The notes beneath the pieces are model-generated. The model was not told the DNA's origin. It ran no database searches and saw only the letters and a program-made list of their open reading frames with translations. The position numbers were made by a program, and so were the translations under genes. Shown here in pieces: positions 1 through 13,799 of a stretch of DNA of 64,000 nucleotides (position 1 is the stretch's first letter; every line of letters begins with the position of its first letter). The stretch is from Eledone cirrhosa (Eukaryota). The stretch is from contig OZ024743.1 of assembly GCA_964016885.1 (NCBI GenBank), forward strand, positions 241,304,001-241,368,000. The letters run 5' to 3'.

Positions 1-26
1 TATATGTATGTGTACCTGTATGCATA

Positions 27-63
<37 letters not shown>

Positions 64-301
64 GCATGCTACTGTACGTCTGTATACATATATGTATGTA
101 CGTATACATACATACTTACATTTAAGTAAGTGCCATACTAAGAGTGAGAAATGAAATTTCGTTTTCATTTTTTTTCAACTTATCGTTTTCGGTATGCCTG
201 ACCGATTTAACTCACTCAATATGCAAATTAGGCTGCTCAGCCGTTAATTTTCATAAGGAAAGTATATACTTTCGAACGTTCAACTATCTGGCAGATGGGT
301 A

Positions 302-346
302 AACGGTGCTGATGATAGCTAACAAGCTTGAAACTAGTACATCGTT
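302..346 (+). ncRNA. Minimal type-I hammerhead ribozyme (copy 1)
   Basis: AACGGTG-CTGATGA-T-AGC(taacaa)GCT-T-GAAA-CTAG-TA|CATCGTT. Helix I is 7 bp with one G.U, the CUGAUGA and GAAA cores are intact, loop III is the palindrome CUAG, and the cleavage triplet GUA ends at 339. Confidence 0.85.
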
Positions 347-511
347 CCTGTGTCAGTGTTGAACAAAAAGGTGACGTGGTTGCCTTAACACCGTATGGCA
401 TAAATTCAGGCTGTTCGCTTTGTTGACAAACAAACGAACAAAGCGGCCGGCGTTATAATAAACGTCGACTAAACTGATGCGTGCATATATGTATGTGTAC
501 CTGTATGCATA

Positions 512-550
<39 letters not shown>

Positions 551-788
551 GCATGCTACTGTACGTCTGTATACATATATGTATGTACGTATACATACAT
601 ACTTACATTTAAGTAAGTGCCATACTAAGAGTGAGAAATGAAATTTCGTTTTCATTTTTTTTCAACTTATCGTTTTCGGTATGCCTGACCGATTTAACTC
701 ACTCAATATGCAAATTAGGCTGCTCAGCCGTTAATTTTCATAAGGAAAGTATATACTTTCGAACGTTCAACTATCTGGCAGATGGGTA

Positions 789-833
789 AACGGTGCTGAT
801 GATAGCTAACAAGCTTGAAACTAGTACATCGTT
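789..833 (+). ncRNA. Minimal type-I hammerhead ribozyme (copy 2)
   Basis: Identical to 302-346; predicted cleavage after 826. Confidence 0.85.
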
Positions 834-998
834 CCTGTGTCAGTGTTGAACAAAAAGGTGACGTGGTTGCCTTAACACCGTATGGCATAAATTCAGGCTG
901 TTCGCTTTGTTGACAAACAAACGAACAAAGCGGCCGGCGTTATAATAAACGTCGACTAAACTGATGCGTGCATATATGTATGTGTACCTGTATGCATA

Positions 999-1037
<39 letters not shown>

Positions 1038-1087
1038 GCATGCTACTGTACGTCTGTATACATATATGTATGTACGTATACATACAT

Positions 1088-1358
1088 ACTTACACTTATA
1101 TATATATATATAAGTATATATACTTATATATATATATAAGTATATATACTTATATATATATATATATATATAAGTATATATACTTATATATATATATATA
1201 TAAGTATATATACTTATATATATATATATATAAGTATATATACTTATATATATATATATATAAGTATATATACTTATATATATATATATATATATAAGTA
1301 TATATACTTATATATATATATGTAAGTATATATACTTATATATATATATATATATAGG

Positions 1359-1360
<2 letters not shown>
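1088..1360. repeat. Minisatellite of self-complementary units TACTTA(TA)nTAAGTA
   Basis: About 9 tandem ~30-bp palindromic units are visible. Confidence 0.8.
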
Positions 1361-1408
<48 letters not shown>

Positions 1409-2042
1409 TGTGTGTGTGTGTGTATGTGTGTGTGTGTGCGTGCGTGCGCGCGTGTCTGTGCATATATGTATATCTATGTGTATATATATCTATGTGTATA
1501 TTTATATATATATATATATGTATATATATAGATACATATATACCGCTACTAATATACTAATATATACATACACGCATGTGTTTCTCTACATGTCTCTATG
1601 TGTGTGTGTGTATGATTTGGAGTATATGTGTGTTTGTGTGTGTAGCTAGTTTCATGCAATCCTCACCACGTCATATGGGCTGGCGTATTCCCCTCGTCAG
1701 AAATATCTGACAGACACTTGTATTATATCTTTAATACTTTTGTTGATTCTCTCTCCTCTGTTTTCTCACAATAACATTGTAATTGCATGCTGTTTCGATT
1801 TACTCTTCATTTTTTTTTCATAAATTCTTCTTATATCAGCGTTCTATGTTGTGAAACTCCTGACGCAAACTATTTATACATCTATCTGTCAATCATCCAA
1901 TCAAAACAACAAATAATGTATTAGCTAATTGAGCATTGAATCAGACAAAATGTCTGTCAGCTTGTCTCGCTTTTTTCACACACACGCAAACTCACACATA
2001 TACACGCAAACACACGCAAACACACACAGACACACATATACA

Positions 2043-2112
<70 letters not shown>

Positions 2113-2684
2113 TATATATATGTATGTATGTATATATATATATAATATCCCTGTTGCTTGACCAGTTTGAAGGAAGATATATAGTATATGTTTGTGCATT
2201 CCCAAATAATCATTTGATCAACTCGACAAAATATCTAAATCTCTCTCTATATCATATTATATGTATATATATATATATATACATATATATGTATGTGTGT
2301 GCATGCGCAGGCGTGTATACATCTCTGTGTGCCTGTGTGTTTATATAACAATGGGTGAATATCCAAGATGAAAATGTTAGATATTTTATTTATCTTACAT
2401 CTTTCTACAAGAATGAGTGGAAAAATACAAATTGTGAAAACCCTCGCTTAAGCTCCATTATTAATATGCAGACGTGTCTATATATTATAATCTGAACAAT
2501 GACTCGAGAAATTTGGTACTGAGCATACATACAAACATGCATACACACACATACACACACACATATATATATATGCATATCATACACACACATATATATA
2601 TATGCATATATACATATATGTATATATATATTTCTATGTATATGATATGTATATGATATATAAATATATATATATATATATAAT

Positions 2685-3138
2685 TAAAGAAAGAAGAGTA
2701 ATACCTCAAACTGCAATTGCCACCTACCAGATAAGTGCCCATTAGGGAATAGTTGCCTGGATTCTAGCTTAGTGTACATGTGTACTGTAAACTATGGCAA
2801 CTCCACCTGGCACTACATAGGATCCACTGCGGGGGAATTTAAAAAAAAGGTGGTATGTCCACAGACACTCAATGAGGAACCGTGCACTGGTGAATTCTAC
2901 AACCCTCGCCAATAAAATCTGGCAACTTAAGGACAAAAACCTTGATTACAATATTAGCTGGTCGAAATTAGCGGCCGCAAAGGCCTATAGCAGCGGTATG
3001 TCCCATTGCTGGCTCTGCAACCTTGAATTGCTACATATCTTAAGGTACGATAAAATGTTGCTTAACAGCAAAATAGAAAGGTAAATTTTCTGCAGACATA
3101 AGATTGCTACTAGATTTACGAGATTTAAACCACCGTGA
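2685..3138 (+). pseudogene. Penelope-like retroelement 3' fragment (Cys linker + GIY-YIG endonuclease), Naiad-like
   Basis: Translates CNCHLPDKCPLGNSC (CxCx5Cx5C) then LVYMCTV...HYIGST. It frameshifts at poly-A ~2845, continues STTLANKIWQLKD...CWLCNLE..I, and has an internal stop at 3082. Confidence 0.8.
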
Positions 3139-4370
3139 TTCGAACCAGCATCCACAAAATTAATGGAAGACCACTTAGACTTTAACGTATGAAATCCGCA
3201 TTCTCACACAGCCTACTTCAGTACCATAAACTTCTATAAACACCTTCCAGCCTCCCTACATCTATGCCATCAAGATAGGGCAGGAACGTCTACAAACATT
3301 TATCAATTATCTTGTCAGCCCATAAATCAATCTCGTCTATGCTGGTGTTTATTCTTTCAGACCACACAATTATATCTACATATCTCATATTAGCACCCAT
3401 GAACTCTAACATATGCACTTAATTCTAAGTACATTTATTACTCTTACACTCCTTTGAAACTCTTACTTTCTTATTATTATTATCATCTCAATGTACCCTA
3501 TCCCTAATTTTATTCATCATGTTCTTTATCTATTTACCATGCATGTTTTATTGTTGATGTTATAGTCTTAATTATACGCTATTTTGTTATTGATGTTGCG
3601 AAAACTAAACCCCCATCATTCGAACTAGCAATCCCAAAATTTAGAATAAACCACCTAAACCTTAACATACTGAATCCACATTTTCACTTAATACCAACTA
3701 CCATAGAACCATAAATCTCTACACACTCCCTCCATCAATCTCACTAAGTTGATACAGCAGGAGAAAACACCTACTACAAGCACTTATCTGTCAAACCATA
3801 AATCAATCCCCGTTTTATTGTTGATCGTGTTTCAGACCCACAGCTCATTTGTATCTAAATATTTCATAATTGTACTTAAAGTGTAGATTCCAAAATCTGA
3901 CTCTAATTACATTTTATTATTTATCCCTTCATTTGAACTCAGAACGGCCCTTGCTGAGTTCAAATCCCGCCGAGGTAAACTTTGCCTTTCATTCTAACGG
4001 GGTCGATAAAATGAAGTACCAGTAATGCACTGGGGAATTGCTGGCCTTGTGCCTAACGTAGAAACAATTATTTATCCCTTCATCCTTACAGGGTCGATTA
4101 AATAAAGTACCAGTAATGTACTGGGTAATTGATGGCCTTGTGCCAAAAGTAGAAACAATTATTTATCCCTTCATCTACGTTAATTCATCCCTTTACTACT
4201 ACTTCTAATGTACCCTATGGCAGATTTCGCATGTCACTTCATACATCTGTATCATCTCTGTTTGTTTACCATGCTTGTTTTATCATTATGTTCTATTTCT
4301 TACTAGTATTGATGTCATTGTTTTAATTATTCACTATCTAGATATTTTGTTATTGTACTGATGTTATTGT
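3139..4370 (+). repeat. Diverged ~480-bp tandem duplication in the PLE 3' UTR, second copy interrupted by SINE pieces
   Basis: CGAACCAGCATCCACAAAATT at 3141 vs CGAACTAGCAATCCCAAAATT at 3621, with colinear similarity downstream. Confidence 0.6.
3955..4172 (+). mobile_element. 5'-truncated tRNA-derived SINE with tandemly duplicated 3' part
   Basis: GAGTTCAAATCCCGCCGAGG (B-box)...GGGTCGATAAA..AAGTACCAGTAATG...GGCCTTGTGCC..GTAGAAACAATTATT. The 3' half is repeated at 4075-4172. Confidence 0.8.
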
Positions 4371-5569
4371 TCTTCTATAAAAGCCATGCCTTGCGTATTA
4401 TTCTCATATCCACTCGCTCTGATGTATTGACTGGTTTTAAACAAAGTACTGGAGATCGATTGACGCAACATCAAGCGATTAGCGAGCTCTACACCTACCA
4501 GATCAACGAAACAATTGTCAGCACTGTGAATAAATCCCTTATTGTACAGCCAACTCTGTTACTCTTCTTTCTTTAATTATTATTACTCCAAGTATATCCT
4601 ACATAGAAATTACCGCGTGTATGTCTGTGTGTGTGTGTGTGTATGTATATATACAAAATCATTGATTAAATAAAGAAATCAATATGTTATGAACAGATAG
4701 ATATTTATTTCTCTTAAAGGATGTCAGTAAGTATGAAGTTTCCCCTAATCTGGCTTTTCAAACTGTGTTGGCCTAGATATCAACCATTCATAAGCATTTT
4801 AGACGATAAATAAATGTACCACAAGGAGTAGCATCATCGATAAACAGAATGTTTCAAAAACAATAGAAATGATTGAAATGCCTTTGTGTTCACTATATGA
4901 GCAATGGATGAGGGAGGACGCATATGGTGGAAATTGGGTGAAATAGTAAATTTTATGGAGATTTATTAATATATATATGTATTTGTATGAATTATTTTAA
5001 GTCCGTGAACTTGAAAAATGTCATGCATATGTATTTGTTGAAAACAGATGTTATTAACGAGAACTAATGGAAGTGGTATTGCAAAATGCTGAATATAATT
5101 CAATATACATAAACAACGTATAGTTTATACATTTTCAAATGATTGATTTTACGTAGTAATAAAGGTGTAAAACTGCAAAACCTGAAAAAATTGTTTTTTA
5201 AGTAAAAAAAAGGACTTCTAGAAAATATGTATTAATATATACATATATGAAATTTAATTTAAATTAACTAAGCAACCTTTCCTTTTTACTTTTGCTATTG
5301 ATTTTAACTGTTTAATTAATTGCTGCAGTAATAAGCAATTATTACTTGACTCAGTAGTTTTTACTGTAGTCTTGCAAAATATATAAATTGTTCGCCATTG
5401 ATGTGGGAGCTCATTTGAAGACTCGCTGAAAAAAAATAAAAATAAAAATAAGGGACGAAATATAATTGTGGAATCTGTTTAGAGTTACCTCCAATTAACC
5501 GATATAATATTTACTGACCTGTGTTTGGTTGAGGTAGCCACATTATTAGCATTGTGTTACGACCATTTA

Positions 5570-5720
5570 CATTCTGAGTTCAAATCCCGCCGAGGTTAGC
5601 TTTGCCTTTAATCATTACAGGGTCGATAAATTAAGCACCAGTAATGTACGGGGGTTTATTTAATCGACTTTCCCTCCCCCAAAATTGTTGGCGTTGTGTC
5701 TATAGTAGAAACAATTATTA
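5570..5720 (+). mobile_element. tRNA-derived SINE (same family)
   Basis: B-box GAGTTCAAATCCC, family body and AGTAGAAACAATTATTA tail. Confidence 0.8.
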
Positions 5721-6640
5721 GCAAACCATGTATTAGAGTTTATAAGATTGGAAACAAAATTAAATAGCTAATGGGGGCTGCTCGTGTAAATTAAAGCCTA
5801 TCTACATGGATTCAGGAATTGCATATTTTCTACAATTGAAAAGATTTATACTTCTAAGTAATGAAAACATACAATGAATACTTCAATTTTAAGGTGGAAA
5901 TAGTCATAAGTTGCCTGACATACCTATTTGCAAATTAGAAATCTCAACCACCGGACCATTAACCTGAACAATAAAGGACTAACTCAGTGTGTATGGTATT
6001 TTCTTACATTTTCACTTCACTCTTCTAAACTTGATTTTTTCCTTCCACATTTTCTTCCCCTTATTCTCCTCTAACTTTCCACCTATATCTATCGATCCAA
6101 AAACCTCTATTTTCCCACTCGCTCCCTCCCCCTATAATTACATCTTCATTTGTAATATATATTCATTTGTGGCCATCCTCTGAAATGAAACTATTTTTAG
6201 AACTAACCGATATTTCCGTATGATTATTAGATCTGATTTTAGAATTACAGAGACCATATGTATGATAAGTGTCTGCTTAACACATAAGCTGCTATAAATA
6301 GACACATGCAAACCAAAGGTCTAATTCTGTCGTTTTACTCTGTGCATGCTAAATTTCCTTTACTAGTTCTCCCTCGGAACACTTTAAGAAGTAAAATGAG
6401 ACAGATCATAATGTATCAAAAACTTTCACATTATACTACGACAATCCCGTGATTCAAGATATATTATGGAATTTGACCTAAATGACATAGCATACATTAT
6501 TCCTGGTGACATTTCATAAGATATACTCCTTGTGTAGATTTAAAACCAGTGCTAACATCACACGCGAAACCGATGATCGTCGGCAATATATTTCTGTAGC
6601 TACCTGTACAGATATAACCCTACACACGCACGCGCGTGCA

Positions 6641-6748
<108 letters not shown>

Positions 6749-6845
6749 ATCCCGGGTTCAATCGAGGGTGTAAGGTACTCAATACATAGCAGAGTATAAA
6801 TATATAATATAGAAATGGCTTCTACAAGACTAGAACTGTTTCATT

Positions 6846-6925
<80 letters not shown>

Positions 6926-7109
6926 TTCACCACCTCTTCTACGGCTTCGATATAAATACCCCCTCCGCCTCCGTGGTATTTTCTTCGGGGTTATAAGAGG
7001 CTTAGCTCTGTTTCTCGACCGTTATATCGCGTGACTATCTCCCCCTCCGCCTTTTGGGATTCTTTCTCACGTCGTGTAGACGCGTTCTTGAAGCTAGTAA
7101 AATGAGGTA

Positions 7110-7199
7110 TCCTCTTGATAAGTCGGCAGACCTCGCAAGGACTCTATATCTTTATGATGTATTGTTTTTGTTTATGCCACGAAACTACATAGTCGAGGA
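7110..7199 (+). ncRNA. Decayed hammerhead ribozyme motif (PLE pLTR relic)
   Basis: TCCTC-TTGATAA-GT(C)GGCA...TGCCAC-GAAA-CTACATAG-TC|GAGGA. All three helices pair, but the core CUGAUGA is mutated to UUGAUAA. Confidence 0.55.
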
Positions 7200-7453
7200 A
7201 TCTAGGAGCAGTTTAGGTATGATGCATTTTATTACTAATTATATCTAAATGTTTCTTCTCTCTTCATAATGTATTTTTAACTCTGATACTGGTTCAGTCT
7301 AATTCAACCGGATTGGTCTGTCCCAGTCATTCATTGAGCAACATCGGTAAGGTTGGCACCATTAACTCACGGTTGGGTGTGGATGCATTCATGTATATGT
7401 GTGTGTCCGCATGTATCTGTGTGTTTCTAAATATATATATATATATATATATA

Positions 7454-8109
7454 ATCTCGGAGGTTGTTTTTCGTTATTTCGTGGGCCGAAATGCGATTCT
7501 CGATAATTTATATTTATATTAATCTCCAGACTCTAGCTATTGACCAGTTAATTTTCTTGATTTTTTAGTTGATTCTATTAACTGATGAATAGATTATGTT
7601 AATTTTAACCCTTCTGTTGAGAACTCTATTCGATTTGTGATGTTTTTGCATTCTTGCAATAACATACACAACTGAATTCATTCGCCTGATATAGGGTTTG
7701 CCCCCCTTGCTGATCCCCACGTGGAGTCAGTAATAGTCAGTCCTTGTATTAACATTGAACTAAAACCTGTTGAGAAAGTGGCTTCCTTGTTCAATCATCT
7801 TACCAGAAGCCTAACATTATTTATGTAAGCGGACAGTATTTGATTTAGGAGCCGCAGAAACCCAAATGCTGGATTTTACCAACCTTCCAGGGGTCCGGGT
7901 AAATTTTCAATCACAGATATTTTTTATTTGTTTGTCCCGAATTACTTGATCGTTTTTTGGGCTATGCAAATGATTGTTTAACCATCGTCTCAGTGTGTTT
8001 GGCCTTTAACGTTTGTTATAGCTCTGGTTCATCTGAATAATTGAGCACTTGCCACACATCTCGGAGGTTGTTTTTCGTTATTTCGTGGGCCGAAATGCGA
8101 ATTTCGATA

Positions 8110-8116
<7 letters not shown>
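7454..8116. mobile_element. ~660-bp non-coding element with ~60-bp terminal direct repeats, embedded in (TA)n
   Basis: ATCTCGGAGGTTGTTTTTCGTTATTTCGTGGGCCGAAATGCGA...CGATAATTTATAT occurs at ~7454 and ~8058. Confidence 0.55.
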
Positions 8117-8169
<53 letters not shown>

Positions 8170-8590
8170 AAGAAAACGAAAAATCAGTGATGCATCTGAA
8201 CTCAATTTATTGTGCGTTACAATTGTTACGCCGGCGGACAGCTCGAGACGCGACCAATGTGTGGATCTGTCTGATTCTGGATCCGTAGGTTCGACGGATA
8301 CGTCTAATGGTTTCGTTTTCTAATTTATCATACTCTGCTCTGTAAGAGCATAGAGTGCTCAACCGGCATACCGCCCATGGAAGCATCTTAGCTACCATCA
8401 GACACACACACATATATATATATACACAGAGGAGAAAGAAAGAGAGTCTGTGGTGCAGAGTCGGAGGAGACCAGTGGGTATAGAGATACGTAAAATCTCG
8501 ACCGAGGCGCCAAGGGGTTAAGCCGAGAGATCACTTGGCGCCGCATCGGGATTTGTGTCTCTGTGTGTGTGTGTGTCTGTGTCTGTGTCT

Positions 8591-8631
<41 letters not shown>

Positions 8632-8830
8632 TGTGTGTCTGTGTGTATAATATAATTATTTATTATGGATGACGATACTCTTGAGTTTTACTAGTGTACT
8701 TACAGGATGATTCTGTGAATACACTGGTGAAACTCCAAAGCAACAAGACTCATCACTTAGGCATAATAAAGAATACCAGTAAAGCTTCCTTCAGTATTGA
8801 ACACTCTTCTTTGCATCCGTCAACACCAAG

Positions 8831-8932
<102 letters not shown>

Positions 8933-9071
8933 TGCGTGTATATATATATATATATATAGTTTCGTTGACAAATATATCAATGTACCCAGACACCGGGACC
9001 CCCCTGTTGTCCCCTTAACCTTGTTCTGATGACGCAGGGTGATGGAGCATGCAACTATTGATATACTCTTG

Positions 9072-9130
9072 TTTATAGGCTCTGATGATTCCTGCCTTAG
9101 GGTACGGATGAAACACTGTTAGCTAATAAA
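9072..9130 (+). ncRNA. Type-I hammerhead ribozyme motif (PLE pLTR-type)
   Basis: TTTATAGGCT-CTGATGA-T-TCCTGCC(ttag)GGTACGGA-T-GAAAC(act)GTT|AGCTAATAAA. Helix I is ~9 bp with one mismatch. Confidence 0.65.
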
Positions 9131-9161
9131 ACAATGTATTTCTAAGCACTCTTTGGTTATT

Positions 9162-9209
<48 letters not shown>

Positions 9210-9908
9210 TGTATACATGTGTGTACATGTGTGTGTATAAATTGAATTTTCATAATTTTATAAATATATATTTATTAATGTATTTTCTGACAAAATTTCA
9301 TCTGCATCCAATTCATAATTCAGTAAGTTTTAATATTTACATTATTTTAAAAAAAAATTACATTATTTGATTAAATCTATTCTGTAATATAATCTACAAG
9401 CTGCACCTATCTGCTAACTTCCGGGGAAAAAGTTTACGAATTTTTCTTTAAATCTTTACCAAATTTCTGCTTATTTGGGCGATTGTTTAGCAGACAATTT
9501 CTCTCTCTTATTTGTTTCTTCATTTTCCGATATTATTTAGTGTGTTTACAGGACTCATTGCTAGTTCTCGTCTATAAAATATAGTTCAACTCGGTATTCA
9601 TTTACGCTTTTACGCTTTCACTGTTTTCGGTGATTGGACTGTGGCCATTCTGGGAGGTCGCTTAAAAAGATTTATTTTATGATATCGACAAAATTATGAT
9701 CGCATAAAACCTTATCTTTAAGACGGCCTCTGGTGCCAAGCTGCATCGTTCATTTCCTTTCTTTTAGACAATATCGGTTGCGTAGAGAGCAAAAAACCTG
9801 TTGTGCATGGATCACTGCGGGTTTTCCACAAAAAGTAACGTTGCCCAGACTTTCTAAGTGCAAAGCCCATGATCATTCGTGACTGAATGCGGTCTCTAGG
9901 TATGTATG

Positions 9909-9980
<72 letters not shown>

Positions 9981-9993
9981 GGGGGGGGGGGGG

Positions 9994-10048
9994 TTATCTG
10001 ATGAAAGCGTGTTCAAAAACTACTGTACCCTTGAAATATATATAATAA
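9994..10048 (+). ncRNA. Minimal hammerhead ribozyme motif (PLE pLTR-type)
   Basis: TTAT-CTGATGA-AAG...CTT-GAAA-TATATA-TA|ATAA. Downstream sequence (CTTGTCGAGTGCTT) is shared with the pLTR at ~12980. Confidence 0.55.
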
Positions 10049-10196
10049 AATATATACATTAGTTATGTGAAAGTATTTCTCATTTATTAATATTTTGAAT
10101 ATTAAGGATACTCTAGATAAATTCTTGTCGAGTGCTTCTAAACTGTTGTAAAAATGAATTCGTTGAATAATCAACGAACCATATAAACTTTTGGTG

Positions 10197-10336
<140 letters not shown>

Positions 10337-10691
10337 GAGTAAGTATGTTTTGAAACAGCGAGCAAGTTTGAAATTAGGTAATAGAAGCTTTCACCGTATA
10401 CTTTGACCAAAGAAACTCTAGCCTGATAGTGGTGTTTAGAATCCTCAGAGAAATGGAAAAAGATGAGTATTGACGTATATATATATATACGGTCAGTCTA
10501 AAATCTTTTCTTGAGTCCAACCATTTTCGTTGCTATGGTAATGCGGCTGGACTGCCGATCGCTATATTTGATTTGCAAAGCTGTCTAAACGTATTGTTAT
10601 TAATCTGGGGTACATACCGAATTTGCATTCCGAATTTGCATTCGTTAGTTTGGCCGCAACCTAAAGTTTCCTTAATGCTGTACTAAAATTA

Positions 10692-10727
<36 letters not shown>

Positions 10728-10767
10728 GATATTAATAAATGGAAACTATATTTATAAAACCATATTT

Positions 10768-10830
10768 ATTTCATTATACATATTTCAGGGATACCAAATT
10801 AAATTATGGTATGCCTTCATCAGACAAAAT
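10768..10830 (-). ncRNA. Minimal hammerhead ribozyme (inverted pLTR copy)
   Basis: Reverse complement of 12860-12922. Confidence 0.65.
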
Positions 10831-11427
10831 ACAATATATAACAGTTTTACAAATAAGCTTTGACGTACTCTTTTAAAGTGGGACCATAATTTTTGGAAGC
10901 CATCTGGATAGTGAATTGTTTATATTATTTTAATAAGTCTTAGTGTTAAGGACAATTAGAAAAAGACGGAGAGAAAGAAAAAAGACGGAGAGAGAAAAAA
11001 GAAGAAAAAGAAAAAACGTGGAGAAATATTGGAGAGAGAGAAGGAAGAGATAAATAAAGACAGGAGGAAAGAAAGAAAAAAGAAAAAAGGAATGAACAAG
11101 AAACAGAGGAAAGCAACAGAGAGATATCAAATCAACAGACAGATAGAAAGACTCAAGAGAGAGAAATAATATATAGAGAGAGAGGAGATAATGAAAACTT
11201 TACGTCATGTGATATTAAGTTGAGTTAACAATTTATATGAAATGAATAATAAAAATATAAATATTAATATTCATGAATGGGACATAAATATATAATATGA
11301 TAAATTAAACATTGTTTAATAATGATTATATGTTTAGTTTAAAAATTGAGATCAATATACTAAAATTTGAGTTTAAGCATCCAAAATGTACACATTGCTA
11401 GAGAAACCACTATCTTACGGCAAAGAT

Positions 11428-11489
<62 letters not shown>

Positions 11490-12859
11490 GCACATCCTGA
11501 AAATAGAAATTATATCTACTCAAGCCTACAATATAGACATACAAAACACAAATGATTTCTCTTAATCACTGCTATACATTCCTTGTGTTTTAAAAAAATC
11601 ACCGTATATATACATAAATATATACGATTAACATTCATGCCTTCATATATACGATTACCATTCATGCATTTAACATTCTGTTAAAATTATGCATATCTGC
11701 AATCAAAACTGTGTGGGTAGGCATGCACACACATAACTCTCACCCACACACATACATATACATATATATATATACACATACACATATGTATAAATAAATA
11801 TTTGCGTGCGTCTTCACCAATTGTTAGACCCGCATCACTCATGTACACATACAGCCAGATATACAATCATAAAAAAACATATAACACTTTTATATGCGTG
11901 TTAATACACACATACACATCTGTATAGAGATAATCAAATATCAATATATTACTAAAGGATTATACTTTGGAAATATAATTATAACAATATAAATTTAAAA
12001 TACCAAAGGATTATATTTTGGAAATACAATTATATCAGTATAGTCTAAAGGACAAACGAATTCTAGAAATATCAAAACACTAAATATCTTTAAAACACTA
12101 TAGAGTATCTTAAGTTAAAATAATATGTTTCATATATTTAGTATAGAAATTTATCCTACGTATATTTCAATCAAGATATTGAAAGGGTAGACTTATGAAA
12201 ATTATGAGAAGCTATCAGAATCAAAACAAACCTAATAAATAAAAATAAAAATAAAAATAAAAATAAAAATAAAAATAAAAGTTAAATAAATATTATATCA
12301 ATATAATTTAAAAGTTTAAAAATTAAAAAATTTAAAAATTAAAAAAATTTAAAAAAGCCAAGTATTCTACAGATATCCTTATATTTAGTATAGAAATTTA
12401 TCTTACGTATATTTTATTTAAGACATTGGAAGTATAGACATTTTAGAGTAGTTTATTATATCTATGTTTATATTTAGGAAGATAATTTAAAAAGAAAAAG
12501 GTGAAGGAATCTAATGATATATATATTATTTCTCTCTCTTGAGTCTTTCTATCTGTCTGTTGATTTGATATCTCTCTGTTGCTTTCCTCTGTTTTTCTTG
12601 TTCCTTCCTTTTTTCTTTTTTCTTTCTTTCCTCCTGTCTTTATTTATCTCTTCCTTTTTTCTCCATGCATTTCTCTCTCTCCGATATTTCTCCACGTTTT
12701 TTCTTTTTCTTTTTTTCTCTCTCTCTCCTTCTTTTTTCTTTCTCTCCGTCTTTTTCTAATTGTCCTTAACACTAAGACTTATTAAAATAATATAAACAAT
12801 TCACTATCCAGATGGCTTCCAAAAATAATGGTCGCACTTTAAAAGGGTACGTCAATTGT

Positions 12860-12922
12860 ATTTTGTCTGATGAAGGCATACCATAATTTAATTTGGTATC
12901 CCTGAAATATGTATAATGAAAT
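12860..12922 (+). ncRNA. Minimal hammerhead ribozyme
   Basis: ATTTTGT-CTGATGA-AGG(C)ATACCA...TGGTAT(C)CCT-GAAA-TATGTA-TA|ATGAAAT. Confidence 0.65.
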
Positions 12923-13055
12923 AAATATGGTTTTATAAATATAGTTTCCATTTATTAATATCGTATATCTACTCCAAATACTTGTCGAGTGCTTTATATC
13001 AGTTATAAAAATATTTACTTGTTGTATCCCAACAATTTTAAATAGAACTTTTGCC

Positions 13056-13123
<68 letters not shown>

Positions 13124-13549
13124 CGGACAGTTAGACTAACATACAGAGAGAGAGAGAGAGAGAGAGAGACGGACAGTTAGACTAACATACAGAGAGAGAG
13201 AGAGGTGAAGTATGCTGTAAGTAAATAATATGTCACCGGTAGGTACACATATTATCAACTAATTGGTCACTTCTTATGATTTACTCTTCCTCTCTCTTTC
13301 TCCCCCACTCTCTCTCTCTGTCTTTATACACACACGACCACTTCCTTGTACCACATGGTAGTTCGCTACTACTCCAAAAGGCGGAATATTGTTTTCAGGT
13401 CACGCACATAATTCGTATGTATATTTCATGCACATGCGAATTCAAATATATATCGATACACACACAGTAGGGGTAGTGTGGTATATATATACAAATTTAT
13501 ATGTATGCAAGCCTAAATTCACATATGTACAAACACTTATATCACGCAA

Positions 13550-13619
<70 letters not shown>

Positions 13620-13799
13620 ATAATAATAATAACAATAATAATGCTTTCTTTATTAACCACAAGGATTTACATAAAGTAGACATTAAGGACAGTACAGGAC
13701 AATACAGGACGGTACAAATGGGCATTTCTGCGTGTAAAAAACAAAAACAGAGGATGTAACAAAAAAATAACAATGAAAAATTCTCCAATACGGGGGAGA

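Larger units (their letters stand above)
1..1092 (+). repeat. 487-bp tandem repeat (at least 2.2 units, continues past the window start), each unit carrying a hammerhead ribozyme; retrozyme-like
   Basis: Sequence at 1-486 recurs near-identically at +487 and partly again at +974. Each full unit contains the HHR below. Confidence 0.9.
10726..13040 (+). mobile_element. Non-coding, 5'-truncated Penelope-type insertion with an inverted pLTR (~450-bp inverted repeats)
   Basis: 10726-11172 is the reverse complement of ~12520-12966. Both arms carry the same HHR and the element sits between (TA)n tracts. Confidence 0.7.
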
